From an uncultured Prevotella sp. (GTDB lineage Bacteria > Bacteroidota > Bacteroidia > Bacteroidales > Bacteroidaceae): a stretch of 64,000 bases of DNA. Positions 29,937 to 40,467 of the stretch are shown piece by piece. The notes below the pieces were generated by a model, which was not told the DNA's origin, ran no database searches, and was given only the letters and a program-made list of their open reading frames with translations. The translations under genes were made by a program, and so were the position numbers. The stretch lies in assembly GCF_937922495.1 (NCBI RefSeq), contig NZ_CALAIU010000021.1. The stretch is one strand, 5' to 3'. How positions within the stretch are numbered: position 1 is the stretch's first letter; every line of letters starts with the position of its first letter.

Positions 29937-31076
29937 ATGAAACACATCCTATCAATGGCGGCAGCGCTGCTGCTTCTCTTCTCATGCGCCACGTCGCAAG
30001 ACGAGAGGAAGGGACTCATTGCAGACCAGCTTTTCCACGATCAGGACTCAATCCTCTCGCATGCCAAGGACTACAGTGACACCATCAGAATCAAATACGC
30101 CAAAGGGCTGAAGGTGGACTACCGCAAGGACGGGATACACGTGACGATAACGAATCCCGACCCTGCCGCACGGTCGGCCAAGCCTCAACAAATCATTATA
30201 AAGAAATCTTCATCAAGGTTCATCTGTACTACGGCTTTGCAACTGGGAAACTTTGAGGTTCTCGGACTGGAGGACAAGATCGTGGGAATCAATTCCCTGC
30301 GCCATATCTTCTCGCTGAGGATGATAGACCAGCTGGAAAGCGGGAAGACTGCCGAAATAGGAAAGGAGGGAAACTTCGACCTTGAAGCCGTGATGGCGGC
30401 GAAGCCCGACTACATTCTCGTCAGCGCAAGCAAATACGGAGGATTCGAGCCGCTCAAGGAATGCAACATCCCCCTCATCCTGCATCATGGATACAAGGAG
30501 ACTTCGCCTCTGGGACAGGCTGAATGGATAAAGCTCATCGGACTGCTCACAGGCGAGACGCGACGTGCAAACGCTGTGTTCTCCGACATCGAGAGGAAAT
30601 ACCTCACGCTGAAGCAGGAGGTGGAAAGGACATATTCCGACAAGAAGAAACTGCCAACGGTCATCAGCGGCAGACAGCTGCGCGACGGATGGTATTTCGT
30701 GGGCGGCAGAAGCTATATGGCACAGATATTCAAGGATGCCGGAGCCGACTACATAATGAAGGACAACAACGAATCGGGCGGAGTGACGCTCGACTTCGAG
30801 GCTGTCTACGCCAAGGGCGTGAAGGCAGACTTCTGGCAGACCGACGGTTCGTCGAAAGGCAACTACACGATGCAGAGCCTTGCCTCCGAAGACGAGCGCT
30901 ACACCACGATGAACGCATACAAGAACAAGCGCGTCATATTCTGCGACCTCAGTCAGACACCATACAGGGAACTTGCCGGAGTGCAGCCGCATTTCCTGCT
31001 TGCCGACTTCGTGAAAGCTTTCCATCCGGAACTGCTGCCCAACTATACGCCGAAGTATTATCATATCCTGAAATAA
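29937..31076 (+). CDS. btuF: ABC transporter periplasmic substrate-binding protein (BtuF/cobalamin-heme type)
   Basis: Lipoprotein signal MKHILSMAAALLLLFSC, with the start at the internal Met of the track ORF. Class III SBP fold features. Located in the B12 locus. Confidence 0.65.
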   Translation: MKHILSMAAALLLLFSCATSQDERKGLIADQLFHDQDSILSHAKDYSDTIRIKYAKGLKVDYRKDGIHVTITNPDPAARSAKPQQIIIKKSSSRFICTTALQLGNFEVLGLEDKIVGINSLRHIFSLRMIDQLESGKTAEIGKEGNFDLEAVMAAKPDYILVSASKYGGFEPLKECNIPLILHHGYKETSPLGQAEWIKLIGLLTGETRRANAVFSDIERKYLTLKQEVERTYSDKKKLPTVISGRQLRDGWYFVGGRSYMAQIFKDAGADYIMKDNNESGGVTLDFEAVYAKGVKADFWQTDGSSKGNYTMQSLASEDERYTTMNAYKNKRVIFCDLSQTPYRELAGVQPHFLLADFVKAFHPELLPNYTPKYYHILK

Positions 31077-31142
31077 AGAATCAAGACATAAACCAATAAT
31101 CAGAATAAAAAAGTAACAATCATAATAATATCATCTAAACAA

Positions 31143-33224
31143 ATGAACCGCAATTTATTTCTATTGCCGATTACGGTTATCGCCCCTATTACGGTAAATG
31201 CACAGAACAACATTACCCGCGAAGCTACACTGAACCCTGTAGTGATTACAGGAACAGGAACATTCCACAAGGCGGAGAACTCGCCGGTGGAAGTGAGAGT
31301 GATATCCGCAAAGCAACTGAAAGACGCCAACGTGAGCAGTCTGCAGGAGGCTCTGACCAAACTGACATCAAGCATCACCACGCATACCAACGGAATGGGA
31401 ACATCGGTGAACTACAACGGTGTGAGCGACGACTACCTGCTGATTCTCGAAAACGGAAAGCGCGTCACCGGCGACGACCGTTGGAACAGGATAAGCATCG
31501 ACAACATCAAGCGAATTGAGATTCTGTCGGGTGCAGCGAGTGCGCTGTACGGAAGCGACGCCATCGCCGGAGTGATAAACATCATAACTGACAACAGCAA
31601 GGACAATCTGGAGGCCACAAGTTCCACAAGAGTGATGGACAAGGGAAGATTCGACCAGGACATCAACGTGGACGTGACGAAGGGCAAGTTCTCCAGCCAC
31701 ACAAGCTTCAACCACCGTCAGGCAGACAACTGGCAGGTAAACAAATACCAGGAGTTCAAGGAGGGCGACAAGCAGGTGTTGAAACTCACCGGCAGACCAA
31801 TGTCGCAGGCTTTCACATCAAACAATATCAGCGAGAGATTGGAATGGCGTTTCTCCGACATGTTTGATGTATATATGAAGGGTAACCTCTACGGCTACGA
31901 AACCGGCCGCGACCGAAACGCAACATACTTCACCCAGAAGGCTACGACAAACAAGGAAACGGGCGAAAAGACCTATACCTACTCATCAAAGCAGGCATAC
32001 ACCTACGACATCAAGCACACGACATACAATATCGGTGCCGGTGCACGTTGGGTGCCTAACAACAATACACACATCTATCTCGACGTGTTCACAGACAACT
32101 TCAAGTCGAAGTATGACTACTGGCAGACTGCCACGGCAGAGGCACGTGAGGAAACCCGCAAGAACACCATCTACTACAACGAGACGCTGAAGGGCATCTT
32201 CCGCCTGAACGACTGGAACAAGCTGTCGGCAGGCATCGAGTTCGAACAGGAGACACTGAAGAGCGCATCCGACAACATCGACAAGGAGAACACCTATACA
32301 TACAACGTATTTGCACAGGACGAGATAAGGATTCTGAAAGGACTCGAAGGAGTAGTGGGAATCAGATACACCCACAACAAGAACTTCGGCAACAACATCA
32401 CTCCAAACGCCGCCCTGTTCTACCACATCGACGGATTCAGAGTCCGCGCAAGCTATGCCGAGGGCTACCGCACCCCTACCCTCTCGCAGCTCTATGCCAC
32501 AGACCAGGCCAAGACTTCATCACGCTATACTATCAACAACCCGTCGCTGAAGGCTGAGAAGAACAGATTCTTCAATGCCAACATGGAATATTCCAACAAG
32601 TGGATGAGCGTAAGCGTGAGCGGATTCATCAACAAGATCCGCAACATGATAAACTACCGCACCATGACGAAGGAGGAAATCGAGGCAAGTTCTGAACTCA
32701 CCGCATTGCAGAACGAGGGTTGGACCACTATCCGTCAGCGCGACAACATCGACAAGGCAAGCATCAAGGGTGTTTCGGCAAACCTCAAGCTGCTGTTGCC
32801 TTACGGATTCACAGTTGCCGGCGGCTACACATTCAGCAACACCGAAGCTGAGACGAAGAGCCTCAACACCAAGACGCAGGAGTATATCGTGAAGACTACT
32901 CCTGTGGACAAGAGCGTGAAGAACGTGGCAAACGTGATGGCTGCATGGGATCACAGCTGGCAGAACTATCATCTGAACGTGCATATCAACGGACACATCC
33001 AGAGCAAGCGTTATTCTTCGACCTACGGATATGCTCCTGAATACCAGCAGTGGGACATAATGACGAAGCATACTTTCAGTCTGAAGCAGGTCATCGTGGA
33101 ACCGGGTATCGGAGTGGACAACGTATTCAACAAGCGTGACACTTCCTACTGGAACTCCAACTTCTCCACTGTCAACCCCGGACGCTCGCTCTTCCTGAGT
33201 CTGACTCTTAGATTCAAAGACTGA
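31143..33224 (+). CDS. TonB-dependent receptor (second BtuB-like paralogue)
   Basis: Plug domain (DDYLLILENGKRVTGDD...GVINIITD), 693 aa, and a terminal F/aromatic residue. Confidence 0.8.
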   Translation: MNRNLFLLPITVIAPITVNAQNNITREATLNPVVITGTGTFHKAENSPVEVRVISAKQLKDANVSSLQEALTKLTSSITTHTNGMGTSVNYNGVSDDYLLILENGKRVTGDDRWNRISIDNIKRIEILSGAASALYGSDAIAGVINIITDNSKDNLEATSSTRVMDKGRFDQDINVDVTKGKFSSHTSFNHRQADNWQVNKYQEFKEGDKQVLKLTGRPMSQAFTSNNISERLEWRFSDMFDVYMKGNLYGYETGRDRNATYFTQKATTNKETGEKTYTYSSKQAYTYDIKHTTYNIGAGARWVPNNNTHIYLDVFTDNFKSKYDYWQTATAEAREETRKNTIYYNETLKGIFRLNDWNKLSAGIEFEQETLKSASDNIDKENTYTYNVFAQDEIRILKGLEGVVGIRYTHNKNFGNNITPNAALFYHIDGFRVRASYAEGYRTPTLSQLYATDQAKTSSRYTINNPSLKAEKNRFFNANMEYSNKWMSVSVSGFINKIRNMINYRTMTKEEIEASSELTALQNEGWTTIRQRDNIDKASIKGVSANLKLLLPYGFTVAGGYTFSNTEAETKSLNTKTQEYIVKTTPVDKSVKNVANVMAAWDHSWQNYHLNVHINGHIQSKRYSSTYGYAPEYQQWDIMTKHTFSLKQVIVEPGIGVDNVFNKRDTSYWNSNFSTVNPGRSLFLSLTLRFKD

Positions 33225-33266
33225 ATTTGAGATTAGTAAAACATCTTTAAATCGAGGACTAAAGAT

Positions 33267-34667
33267 ATGAGAATATATGTTGCAGGCATCGGACCTGGCT
33301 CACCACAGGACATCACTCCGGCTGTACTTAACGCCGTGAAGGACAGTGATGTCATCGTGGGATACAAGTATTATTTCCAGTTCATCAGGGAATACATCCG
33401 CGAGGACGCCGTATGCGTCGACACCGGAATGAAGAAGGAAAGGCAGCGCGCCGAAATGGCATTCGAATACGCCGAGGGCGGAAAGACGGTATGCGTGATT
33501 TCGAGCGGCGATGCCGGCATCTACGGTATGACACCGCTGATATACGAGATGAAACGCGAGAGGCAGTCTGATGCCGAGATTATTCCTATCCCGGGCATCA
33601 GCGCTTTCCAGAAAGCGGCGTCTCTGCTGGGTGCTCCTATGGGCCACGACTTCTGCGTCATTTCCATGAGCGACCTGATGACGCCGTGGCAACTGATAGA
33701 GAAAAGGATAAAGGCGGCCGCCGAGGCCGACTTCATCACTGCTGTCTATAATCCCAAGAGCAACGGCAGATACTGGCAACTCTACAGACTTAAGGAGATA
33801 TTCATGCAGTCAAGGAACGAGGACAACATCGTGGGCTTCGTGCGCCAGGCGGGACGCGACGACCAGAGCATCACCATAACCACACTGAAAGATTTCAATC
33901 CCGAAGATGTGGATATGTTCACCGTGGTGATAATAGGCAACAGCCAGTCGTATAACTGGAATAACACATTCATCACTCCGCGCGGCTACTATCGCAACGA
34001 AGCCACGGATGAAGCCACGAAAGTTGGACAAAGTATTATGATCAAATCCTTCCAGACAATAAGGAAGGAGCTGAAGAATCCTGATATCCCTGTATGGAAG
34101 CTATGGCCAATGCTCCACGCCATCCACACCACGGCAGACTTCGACATGGAAAGCCGGCTGTGGATGGACGACAACGCCACGGGCATAATATATAATAAGG
34201 TGAAAAGCGGGGAACTGAAGACTATCGTCACCGATGTATCAATGGTGGCATCCGGAATAAGGAAGGGGGCGCTTGAGCGGCTCGGCATCAACACCGTATG
34301 CTATATCAACGACCCACGTGCCGCTGAAATGGCAAAGACGGAGAACATCACCAGGGCGCAGGCCGGCATGCGACTTGCCGCCAAGGAATATCCGGATGCT
34401 CTCTACGCCTTCGGCAATGCTCCAACTGCCCTGCTTGAGATATGCAGTCTGATACGCAAGGGCATCTGCCGTCCGACTGGACTGATCGGAGCCCCCGTCG
34501 GTTTCGTTCATGTGGAAGAGAGCAAGCACGCCGCCAAGACAATGGCCGGCATCCCAAAGATTATCATCGACGGAAGGAAAGGCGGCAGCAACATCGCCGC
34601 CACACTGGTCAACAGTATCCTCACCTTCGACGATGCCGAAATGCTAAAACCCGGAAGAGATGTATAG
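33267..34667 (+). CDS. cbiHC: Fused precorrin-3B C17-methyltransferase CbiH / precorrin-8X methylmutase CbiC
   Basis: The N-terminus carries CbiH motifs (IGPGSP...VIVGYKYY...GM..E..R..VISSGDAGIYGM). The C-terminus carries CbiC motifs (GNAPTALLE, GAPVGFV). Confidence 0.8.
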   Translation: MRIYVAGIGPGSPQDITPAVLNAVKDSDVIVGYKYYFQFIREYIREDAVCVDTGMKKERQRAEMAFEYAEGGKTVCVISSGDAGIYGMTPLIYEMKRERQSDAEIIPIPGISAFQKAASLLGAPMGHDFCVISMSDLMTPWQLIEKRIKAAAEADFITAVYNPKSNGRYWQLYRLKEIFMQSRNEDNIVGFVRQAGRDDQSITITTLKDFNPEDVDMFTVVIIGNSQSYNWNNTFITPRGYYRNEATDEATKVGQSIMIKSFQTIRKELKNPDIPVWKLWPMLHAIHTTADFDMESRLWMDDNATGIIYNKVKSGELKTIVTDVSMVASGIRKGALERLGINTVCYINDPRAAEMAKTENITRAQAGMRLAAKEYPDALYAFGNAPTALLEICSLIRKGICRPTGLIGAPVGFVHVEESKHAAKTMAGIPKIIIDGRKGGSNIAATLVNSILTFDDAEMLKPGRDV

Positions 34668-35829
34668 ATGCGTGATTATCGGACTGTCTGACAGTCACCG
34701 TCAGTACCTGCAACCTGAAGCCGTGGAACACATCCGCTCCGGCAAGGTGTTCTCCGGCGGCAAGCGCCACCACGAACTGGTGAGGCATCTGCTGCCGGAT
34801 GATGCTGTATGGATTGACATTACAGTGCCGCTCGACAATGTCTTCAAACAATACGAACAATACGAAGACATCATCATCTTCGCATCGGGCGACCCTCTGT
34901 TCTATGGTTTCGCCAACACGATAAAAAGGCTCTACCCCGAAATGCAGATGAAGGTGCTGCCTGCCTTCAACTCCCTGCAGATGCTTGCCCACAGACTGAA
35001 TATGGCATATCAGGACATGAGGGCAGTATCGCTTACGGGAAGGCCATGGGACAAGTTTGACGAGGCCCTGATATGCGGCGAACAGCTCATCGGCTGTCTG
35101 ACGGACAGGAACAAGACCCCGAACGCCATCTGGAAGCGGATGCTGGACTACGGCTACGACAACTACATGATGTATGTCGGCGAGAACCTCGGCAACGAGG
35201 AGCGCGAGCGCATCAGCATATTCGAGGAAGGCAATGAATACGATAATCCCAACTGCATTATTCTCAAGCGGAAAAGCCTGATACGCCAGGGCTTCGGTAT
35301 TCCCGACTCCTACTTCCATCTCCTCAACGGCAGAAGCAGGATGATAACCAAGATGCCGATACGCCTTGCGTCGATTGCCGCAATGGAACTGGACAGGAAG
35401 AATTCGTTCTGGGACATCGGCTTCTGCACCGGAAGCATCAGCATTGAGGCGAAGCTCGCCTTTCCGCATCTCCACATTACGGCTTTCGAGATACGCAAAG
35501 AAGGAAAGGAACTGATGGAGGCTAACTCAAGGAAGTTCCATGCTCCTGGCATCAATGCCGTCATCGGCGATTTCCTTACGGCAGACATCAGCCGGCTGGA
35601 GAGTCCCGAAGCGGTGTTCATCGGCGGCTACGGCGGCAGGATGAAGGAGATGCTGGCGAAGGTGAAAACAGTACTTGCCGCAGACGGATGCATCGTATTC
35701 AACTCCGTTAGCGAAGAGAGCAGGACCACATTCATCGAGGCGACCACCGCCTTGGGCATGAAGCCCGAGATACTGCACACTATAAAAGTTGACGACAACA
35801 ACCCAATAACGATATTGAGAGCTATATGA
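34660..35829 (+). CDS. cbiET: Precorrin-6Y C5,15-methyltransferase (decarboxylating), CbiE-CbiT fusion (CobL)
   Basis: N-terminal tetrapyrrole methylase (CbiE), then a C-terminal class I SAM methyltransferase (GTGSISIEA, CbiT). Confidence 0.8.
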   Translation: MYRCVIIGLSDSHRQYLQPEAVEHIRSGKVFSGGKRHHELVRHLLPDDAVWIDITVPLDNVFKQYEQYEDIIIFASGDPLFYGFANTIKRLYPEMQMKVLPAFNSLQMLAHRLNMAYQDMRAVSLTGRPWDKFDEALICGEQLIGCLTDRNKTPNAIWKRMLDYGYDNYMMYVGENLGNEERERISIFEEGNEYDNPNCIILKRKSLIRQGFGIPDSYFHLLNGRSRMITKMPIRLASIAAMELDRKNSFWDIGFCTGSISIEAKLAFPHLHITAFEIRKEGKELMEANSRKFHAPGINAVIGDFLTADISRLESPEAVFIGGYGGRMKEMLAKVKTVLAADGCIVFNSVSEESRTTFIEATTALGMKPEILHTIKVDDNNPITILRAI

Positions 35830-37625
35830 TAAGATTTGAAACAATAAACGAAGCCGGCGAAAAGCTTGCTTCCATCATAGAGAAAGAGAACCTGCGCTTT
35901 GACGGCGAGGCTGTCGTTTTCATCGGTGCCCTGGGCATCTGCGTGAGGAAGATTCTGCCTATGGTGAACGACAAATACACCGACCCTGCCGTAATCTGCA
36001 TCGACTCCACAGGCAGATACGTCATCCCCGTCTTGAGCGGTCATGTGGGCGGTGCCAACGAACTGTCGAGGCAGATTGCCAAGGTTATCGGCGCAGAGGC
36101 CGTAGTTACCACCCAAAGCGACAACACCGGACTCTGGGCGCTCGACACTCTTGCCAAACGCTTCGGATGGAGGATGCCGGCACTTTCGAGAGAAGAAATG
36201 AACAAGGCTATCGCCACGTTTGTCAATAAGAAACCTGTGGCCCTTATCCTCGAATATAATGATGAGGGAACACTGTATCTGCAGTCATCCTGTCCTGAGC
36301 ATGTGACGATATTCCACGGCATCAAGGAATACAAAGAGCATTACACTGCGGCCTGTGCTGAAAACAACAACGAATCAGCCCCGTTCAAATTGGCTATCCT
36401 CGTTTCGCCTCATCGCTATCCCAACATCAACACGCCATATATCCAGTATTGTCCGCCATGCCTGAATCTCGGCATAGGATGCCAGAAGGACGCTCCCGAA
36501 GGCATTGCCGACAAGATACTGGCTGAGGTCGAAGAGAAAGGGCTTGCCTGCGAGAGCATCCGTTCGGTGGCTACCATCGAACTGAAGAAGGACGAACCGT
36601 CGCTGAAGCGTCTTGCCAAACTCCTGCCTTGGGCAAAGACAGACATCCATACGGCGGAAACGCTCGGGGCGATTGACGTGCCCAACCCTTCTGAGAAGGT
36701 GTTTGAAGTCACCGGCTGCTATGGTGTTTCTGAATCTTCCGCCATTGCTTCCAGCTGCGAGGGAAAGCTCGTCGTTGAAAAGCAGAAGGGGGTTGTCAAT
36801 GCCGACGGCAGGGAGATGCACTTCACCTGGGCTTTGTCTGAAGACCATCTTGCCGATAAGGACAAGGGCCATATAGAGATTGTGGGTGCCGGTCCGGGCG
36901 ACCCCGACCTCATCAGCGTCCGCGGAAGAAAGTTCCTCGAATCCGCCGACCTTATATTATATGCCGGAAGTCTGGTGCCGCGCGAACTCACGTTCTGTGC
37001 CAAAGAGGGTGCCGTTGTGCGCTCGTCTGCGGATATGGACCTGGAAGAGCAGTTCCATCTGATGAAGGAGTTCTACGACAAAGGAAAACTCGTGGTACGC
37101 CTCCACACCGGCGACCCCTGCATCTATGGTGCGATTCAGGAGCAGATGGCTTTCTTCGACAAATACGGCATGCGCTATCACATCACACCCGGCATCAGCA
37201 GTTTCCTTGCTGCGGCAGCCGAGCTGAAGAGCCAGTTCACCATTCCCGAGAGATGTCAGACCATCATCCTGACGCGCGGAGAGGGTCGCACGCCGATGCC
37301 CGACAAGGAGAAGCTACACCTGCTGGCACAGCATCAGTCCACCATGTGTATCTTCCTGAGTGCAAGCATCGTGGACGAGGTGATGAAGGAACTGCTCGAC
37401 GGCGGCTATCCGCCTGAGACTCCTATTGCGGCATGCTACAAGCTGACGTGGAAGGAGCAGCGCATATACAGAGGTCAGCTGAAGGATCTGGCAAAGATTC
37501 TGAAGGAGAACAACCTGACCCTCACCACCATGATTGTCGTGGGCGAGGCAATAGACAACCGTGAAGGACTGAGCAAGCTCTACGACGGTCACTTTACCCA
37601 CCTTTTCAGAAAAGCAAGCAAATGA
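35826..37625 (+). CDS. cbiGF: CbiG (cobalt-precorrin-5A hydrolase) / CbiF (precorrin-4 C11-methyltransferase) fusion
   Basis: A CbiG-like N-terminus, then a C-terminal tetrapyrrole methylase (IVGAGPGDPDLISVRG...ILYAGSLV). Confidence 0.8.
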   Translation: MIRFETINEAGEKLASIIEKENLRFDGEAVVFIGALGICVRKILPMVNDKYTDPAVICIDSTGRYVIPVLSGHVGGANELSRQIAKVIGAEAVVTTQSDNTGLWALDTLAKRFGWRMPALSREEMNKAIATFVNKKPVALILEYNDEGTLYLQSSCPEHVTIFHGIKEYKEHYTAACAENNNESAPFKLAILVSPHRYPNINTPYIQYCPPCLNLGIGCQKDAPEGIADKILAEVEEKGLACESIRSVATIELKKDEPSLKRLAKLLPWAKTDIHTAETLGAIDVPNPSEKVFEVTGCYGVSESSAIASSCEGKLVVEKQKGVVNADGREMHFTWALSEDHLADKDKGHIEIVGAGPGDPDLISVRGRKFLESADLILYAGSLVPRELTFCAKEGAVVRSSADMDLEEQFHLMKEFYDKGKLVVRLHTGDPCIYGAIQEQMAFFDKYGMRYHITPGISSFLAAAAELKSQFTIPERCQTIILTRGEGRTPMPDKEKLHLLAQHQSTMCIFLSASIVDEVMKELLDGGYPPETPIAACYKLTWKEQRIYRGQLKDLAKILKENNLTLTTMIVVGEAIDNREGLSKLYDGHFTHLFRKASK

Positions 37626-39397
37626 TACTGATATTTGGCGGAACCACCGAAGGACGCATAGCAACGGATGTCTGCGAACAGGCCGGCAAGAGGTTCTATT
37701 ACTCCACGAAGAGTGATTTGCAGAATGTTGAGATGCATAATGGTGTGCGCCTCACGGGGGCCATGCTGTCTGATGGGATGCGCGACTTCTGCAAGCGCAA
37801 CTCCATCCGCTGCATCATCGATGCCGCCCATCCGTTTGCCGAGCACCTCCACTCCACCATCCAGGACATCGGACTGCCCGTGATTCGTCTCCAAAGGGAC
37901 TTTGCCAAACATATCAGTGGCATAGAGTATTGCTCCGACTACAACGAGGCAATACGCAAGATGGAAGAGGCCGGTGTCCGTTCCCTCCTCGCTTTGAGCG
38001 GAACGAACACCATCAGTAAGCTGAAAGCCTATTGGCAAAGCCACAAGACCCTCTTCCGCATTCTCAACCGCGAGGAAAGCATCAGTCACGCCAAAGACTG
38101 CGGCTTTCCTACCGACAACCTGATTTTTTATCCTTCCACCCATTCCCTCCCCACAAAGGAGGAGGAGACTGCCATGATGAAACGGAGCGGCTGCGACGCT
38201 ATCCTGACCAAGGAAAGCGGAGCGTCCGGCGGCTTCGAGGCTAAAGTGCAGGCGGCAATGGAACTGGGACTCAAGGTGTTCGTAATCAGACACCCCGAAC
38301 TGCCTGCCGACTGGACCTACGTCACGGGCAAATACGGACTCCGAAGGGCTATAGAGAGAATCGTGCCCGGCTTCTTCGACCTCAAGACGGGACTCACCAC
38401 CGGTGCCTGTGCCACGGCTGCAACAAAGGCCGCCCTGCTCTCCCTGCTCTGGGACGATGATTCCGAGGAGGTAAGCTTCGCTCTGCCCGATGGTGAGGTG
38501 CTCTCCATCCCCATCGAACACATCAAGAAGGGCATCGCCGTGGCAACGAAGGACATGAACGACGACCCGGACGTGACGAAAGGATGCAGGATTACATCTG
38601 AAGTGTCGGTAAGACAAGACGCAGACAGCGATGGAGAAGACGGCAAGAAGAATACACAGAAAATAAGATTCCTTCAGGGAAAAGGCGTGGGCACGGTCAC
38701 ACTGCCCGGTCTGGGCATCCCCGTTGGCGAACCCGCCGTAAACCCAACCCCTCGCAGGATGATATGCGATGAAATCCGTCTGATAACTGATGCCAGCATC
38801 GACGTGAGAATAAGCGTGGAGGATGGTGAGGAACTCGCCAAGAAGACATTCAATCCGCGTGTCGGCGTGATGAACGGCATCAGCATCCTCGGCACTTCCG
38901 GCATCGTACACCCCCTGTCCAACGAGGCTTTCATCAGCAGCATACGCCGCGAGATGCAGGTGGCATGGGCCGTAGGGTGCAGGGAGATAGGACTTGTCGC
39001 CGGAATGAAAAGCGAACGCGCACTGATGGAGGAGCGCGACATAAGGTGCATCCACTACGGCAATTTCATCGGCGAAGCCCTCAAGGCCGCCCACGACATA
39101 GGCTTCCGCAAGGCCGTCATAGCGATAATGATAGGCAAGGCGGTGAAGCTCGCCGAAGGACGCCTCGACACACATTCCCACAAGTTCGTGATGAACAAAG
39201 ACTTCCTGAAGCATACCGCCGCAAGTCTCGGCATCCCTCCCTCCCCCATCGACGGCATCACCATGGCAAGGGAACTTTGGGACATCATGCCCGAAGCCTT
39301 CTTCAACAAGATTACTTCGCTCTGCAAAGAACACTGTCTGTCGGTCTTCCCCGACGGCGAAATAGAAATAAAACTGATATGCGACACACAACGATAA
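37622..39397 (+). CDS. cbiJD: CbiJ (precorrin-6x reductase) / CbiD (cobalt-precorrin-5B C1-methyltransferase) fusion
   Basis: A CbiJ-like N-terminus (MILIFGGTTEG), then a CbiD-like C-terminus (GLTTGACATAATKAA). Confidence 0.8.
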   Translation: MILIFGGTTEGRIATDVCEQAGKRFYYSTKSDLQNVEMHNGVRLTGAMLSDGMRDFCKRNSIRCIIDAAHPFAEHLHSTIQDIGLPVIRLQRDFAKHISGIEYCSDYNEAIRKMEEAGVRSLLALSGTNTISKLKAYWQSHKTLFRILNREESISHAKDCGFPTDNLIFYPSTHSLPTKEEETAMMKRSGCDAILTKESGASGGFEAKVQAAMELGLKVFVIRHPELPADWTYVTGKYGLRRAIERIVPGFFDLKTGLTTGACATAATKAALLSLLWDDDSEEVSFALPDGEVLSIPIEHIKKGIAVATKDMNDDPDVTKGCRITSEVSVRQDADSDGEDGKKNTQKIRFLQGKGVGTVTLPGLGIPVGEPAVNPTPRRMICDEIRLITDASIDVRISVEDGEELAKKTFNPRVGVMNGISILGTSGIVHPLSNEAFISSIRREMQVAWAVGCREIGLVAGMKSERALMEERDIRCIHYGNFIGEALKAAHDIGFRKAVIAIMIGKAVKLAEGRLDTHSHKFVMNKDFLKHTAASLGIPPSPIDGITMARELWDIMPEAFFNKITSLCKEHCLSVFPDGEIEIKLICDTQR

Positions 39398-40419
39398 TGA
39401 TATTGCTCATACTGAGCATCGTGGTTTTCTCTGTCCTCAACCTCACGGTGGGATCGGTAAGCATCCCCACGGCTGCCGTGTTCAACATCCTCAACCCCTT
39501 CGGCAAGGGACTCCACGGCAGCGACACATACGAGATATGGACCAACATCGTGATGCAGACCCGTCTGCCACAGACGCTCACGGCCATCGCCTGCGGTGCA
39601 GGACTCTCCGTTGCCGGACTGGAGATGCAGACCGTCTTCCGCAACCCTCTTGCCGGTCCTTCGGTGCTGGGAATATCCAGTGCCGCAAGTCTCGGCGTTG
39701 CCATCGTGGTGATGTTCAGCGGAGCGATAGGCGGCGGACTGCTCCAGGGATTCGGCATCATAGGCAATTCCACCATCACGATAGCCGCCATCTGCGGTTC
39801 GCTCCTCGTGATGAGCTTCATAGTGTATCTCTCGCAAAGAATCGACGGCAACGCCACTCTGCTAATCACCGGCGTACTGATCGGCTATATAGCATCCGCT
39901 GTAACGGGCGTACTGAAATATTTCTCCAGCGAGGAGGACATACATACTTACGTTATCTGGGGCCTTGGCTCATTCTCCAAGGTGACCGGCGGACAGGTCT
40001 TCGTCTTCGTGGGCCTCATCGCCACGCTCCTGCCCCTCACGATGCTCCTCGCCAAACCACTCAATATCCTGCTGCTCGGCGACAGATACGCAGCCAACTT
40101 AGGACTCAACGTGAAGCGCGCCCGTATGCTGACGATTACATCCGCCGGCATCCTTACTGCCGTAACCACGGCATACTGCGGACCGATTATGTTTCTCGGT
40201 CTTGCCGTGCCGCATATCTGCCGCGGAATGTTCAGCACGAGCGACCACAGGATTCTGCTGCCGGCTACGGTGCTCGGCGGCGCTGCCCTCGCCCTGCTCT
40301 GCAACATCATCGCCAGGATGCCCGGCTTCGAAGGGGCGCTGCCCATCAATTCCGTCACGTCGCTCATCGGTGCGCCCATAGCCCTCTCGATTCTTCTGAA
40401 GAGGAAAAGCAAGGCATAA
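39379..40419 (+). CDS. btuC: FecCD-family ABC permease (BtuC, corrinoid import)
   Basis: The start is the internal Met MRHTTIMILLILSIVVF of track ORF 38965..40419; the upstream part of that ORF overlaps cbiD in another frame. The protein has about 9 TM helices and FecCD motifs. Confidence 0.75.
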   Translation: MRHTTIMILLILSIVVFSVLNLTVGSVSIPTAAVFNILNPFGKGLHGSDTYEIWTNIVMQTRLPQTLTAIACGAGLSVAGLEMQTVFRNPLAGPSVLGISSAASLGVAIVVMFSGAIGGGLLQGFGIIGNSTITIAAICGSLLVMSFIVYLSQRIDGNATLLITGVLIGYIASAVTGVLKYFSSEEDIHTYVIWGLGSFSKVTGGQVFVFVGLIATLLPLTMLLAKPLNILLLGDRYAANLGLNVKRARMLTITSAGILTAVTTAYCGPIMFLGLAVPHICRGMFSTSDHRILLPATVLGGAALALLCNIIARMPGFEGALPINSVTSLIGAPIALSILLKRKSKA

Positions 40420-40467
40420 CGGGGTGCAGGAAACCTGAAGTTGAATACATAACATAAAAGATTCATC

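Noticed and set aside
37589-39391. 600 aa minus-strand ORF, plus other long antisense ORFs (2418-3248, 6778-7914, 43234-44148, 51591-52694, 55694-56836)
   Set aside because: They lie antisense to strongly recognisable genes (cbiJD, TonB receptor, sstT, cobD, recQ, thiDE). Their composition is low-complexity R/G/H-rich, typical of spurious ORFs in GC-rich coding DNA.
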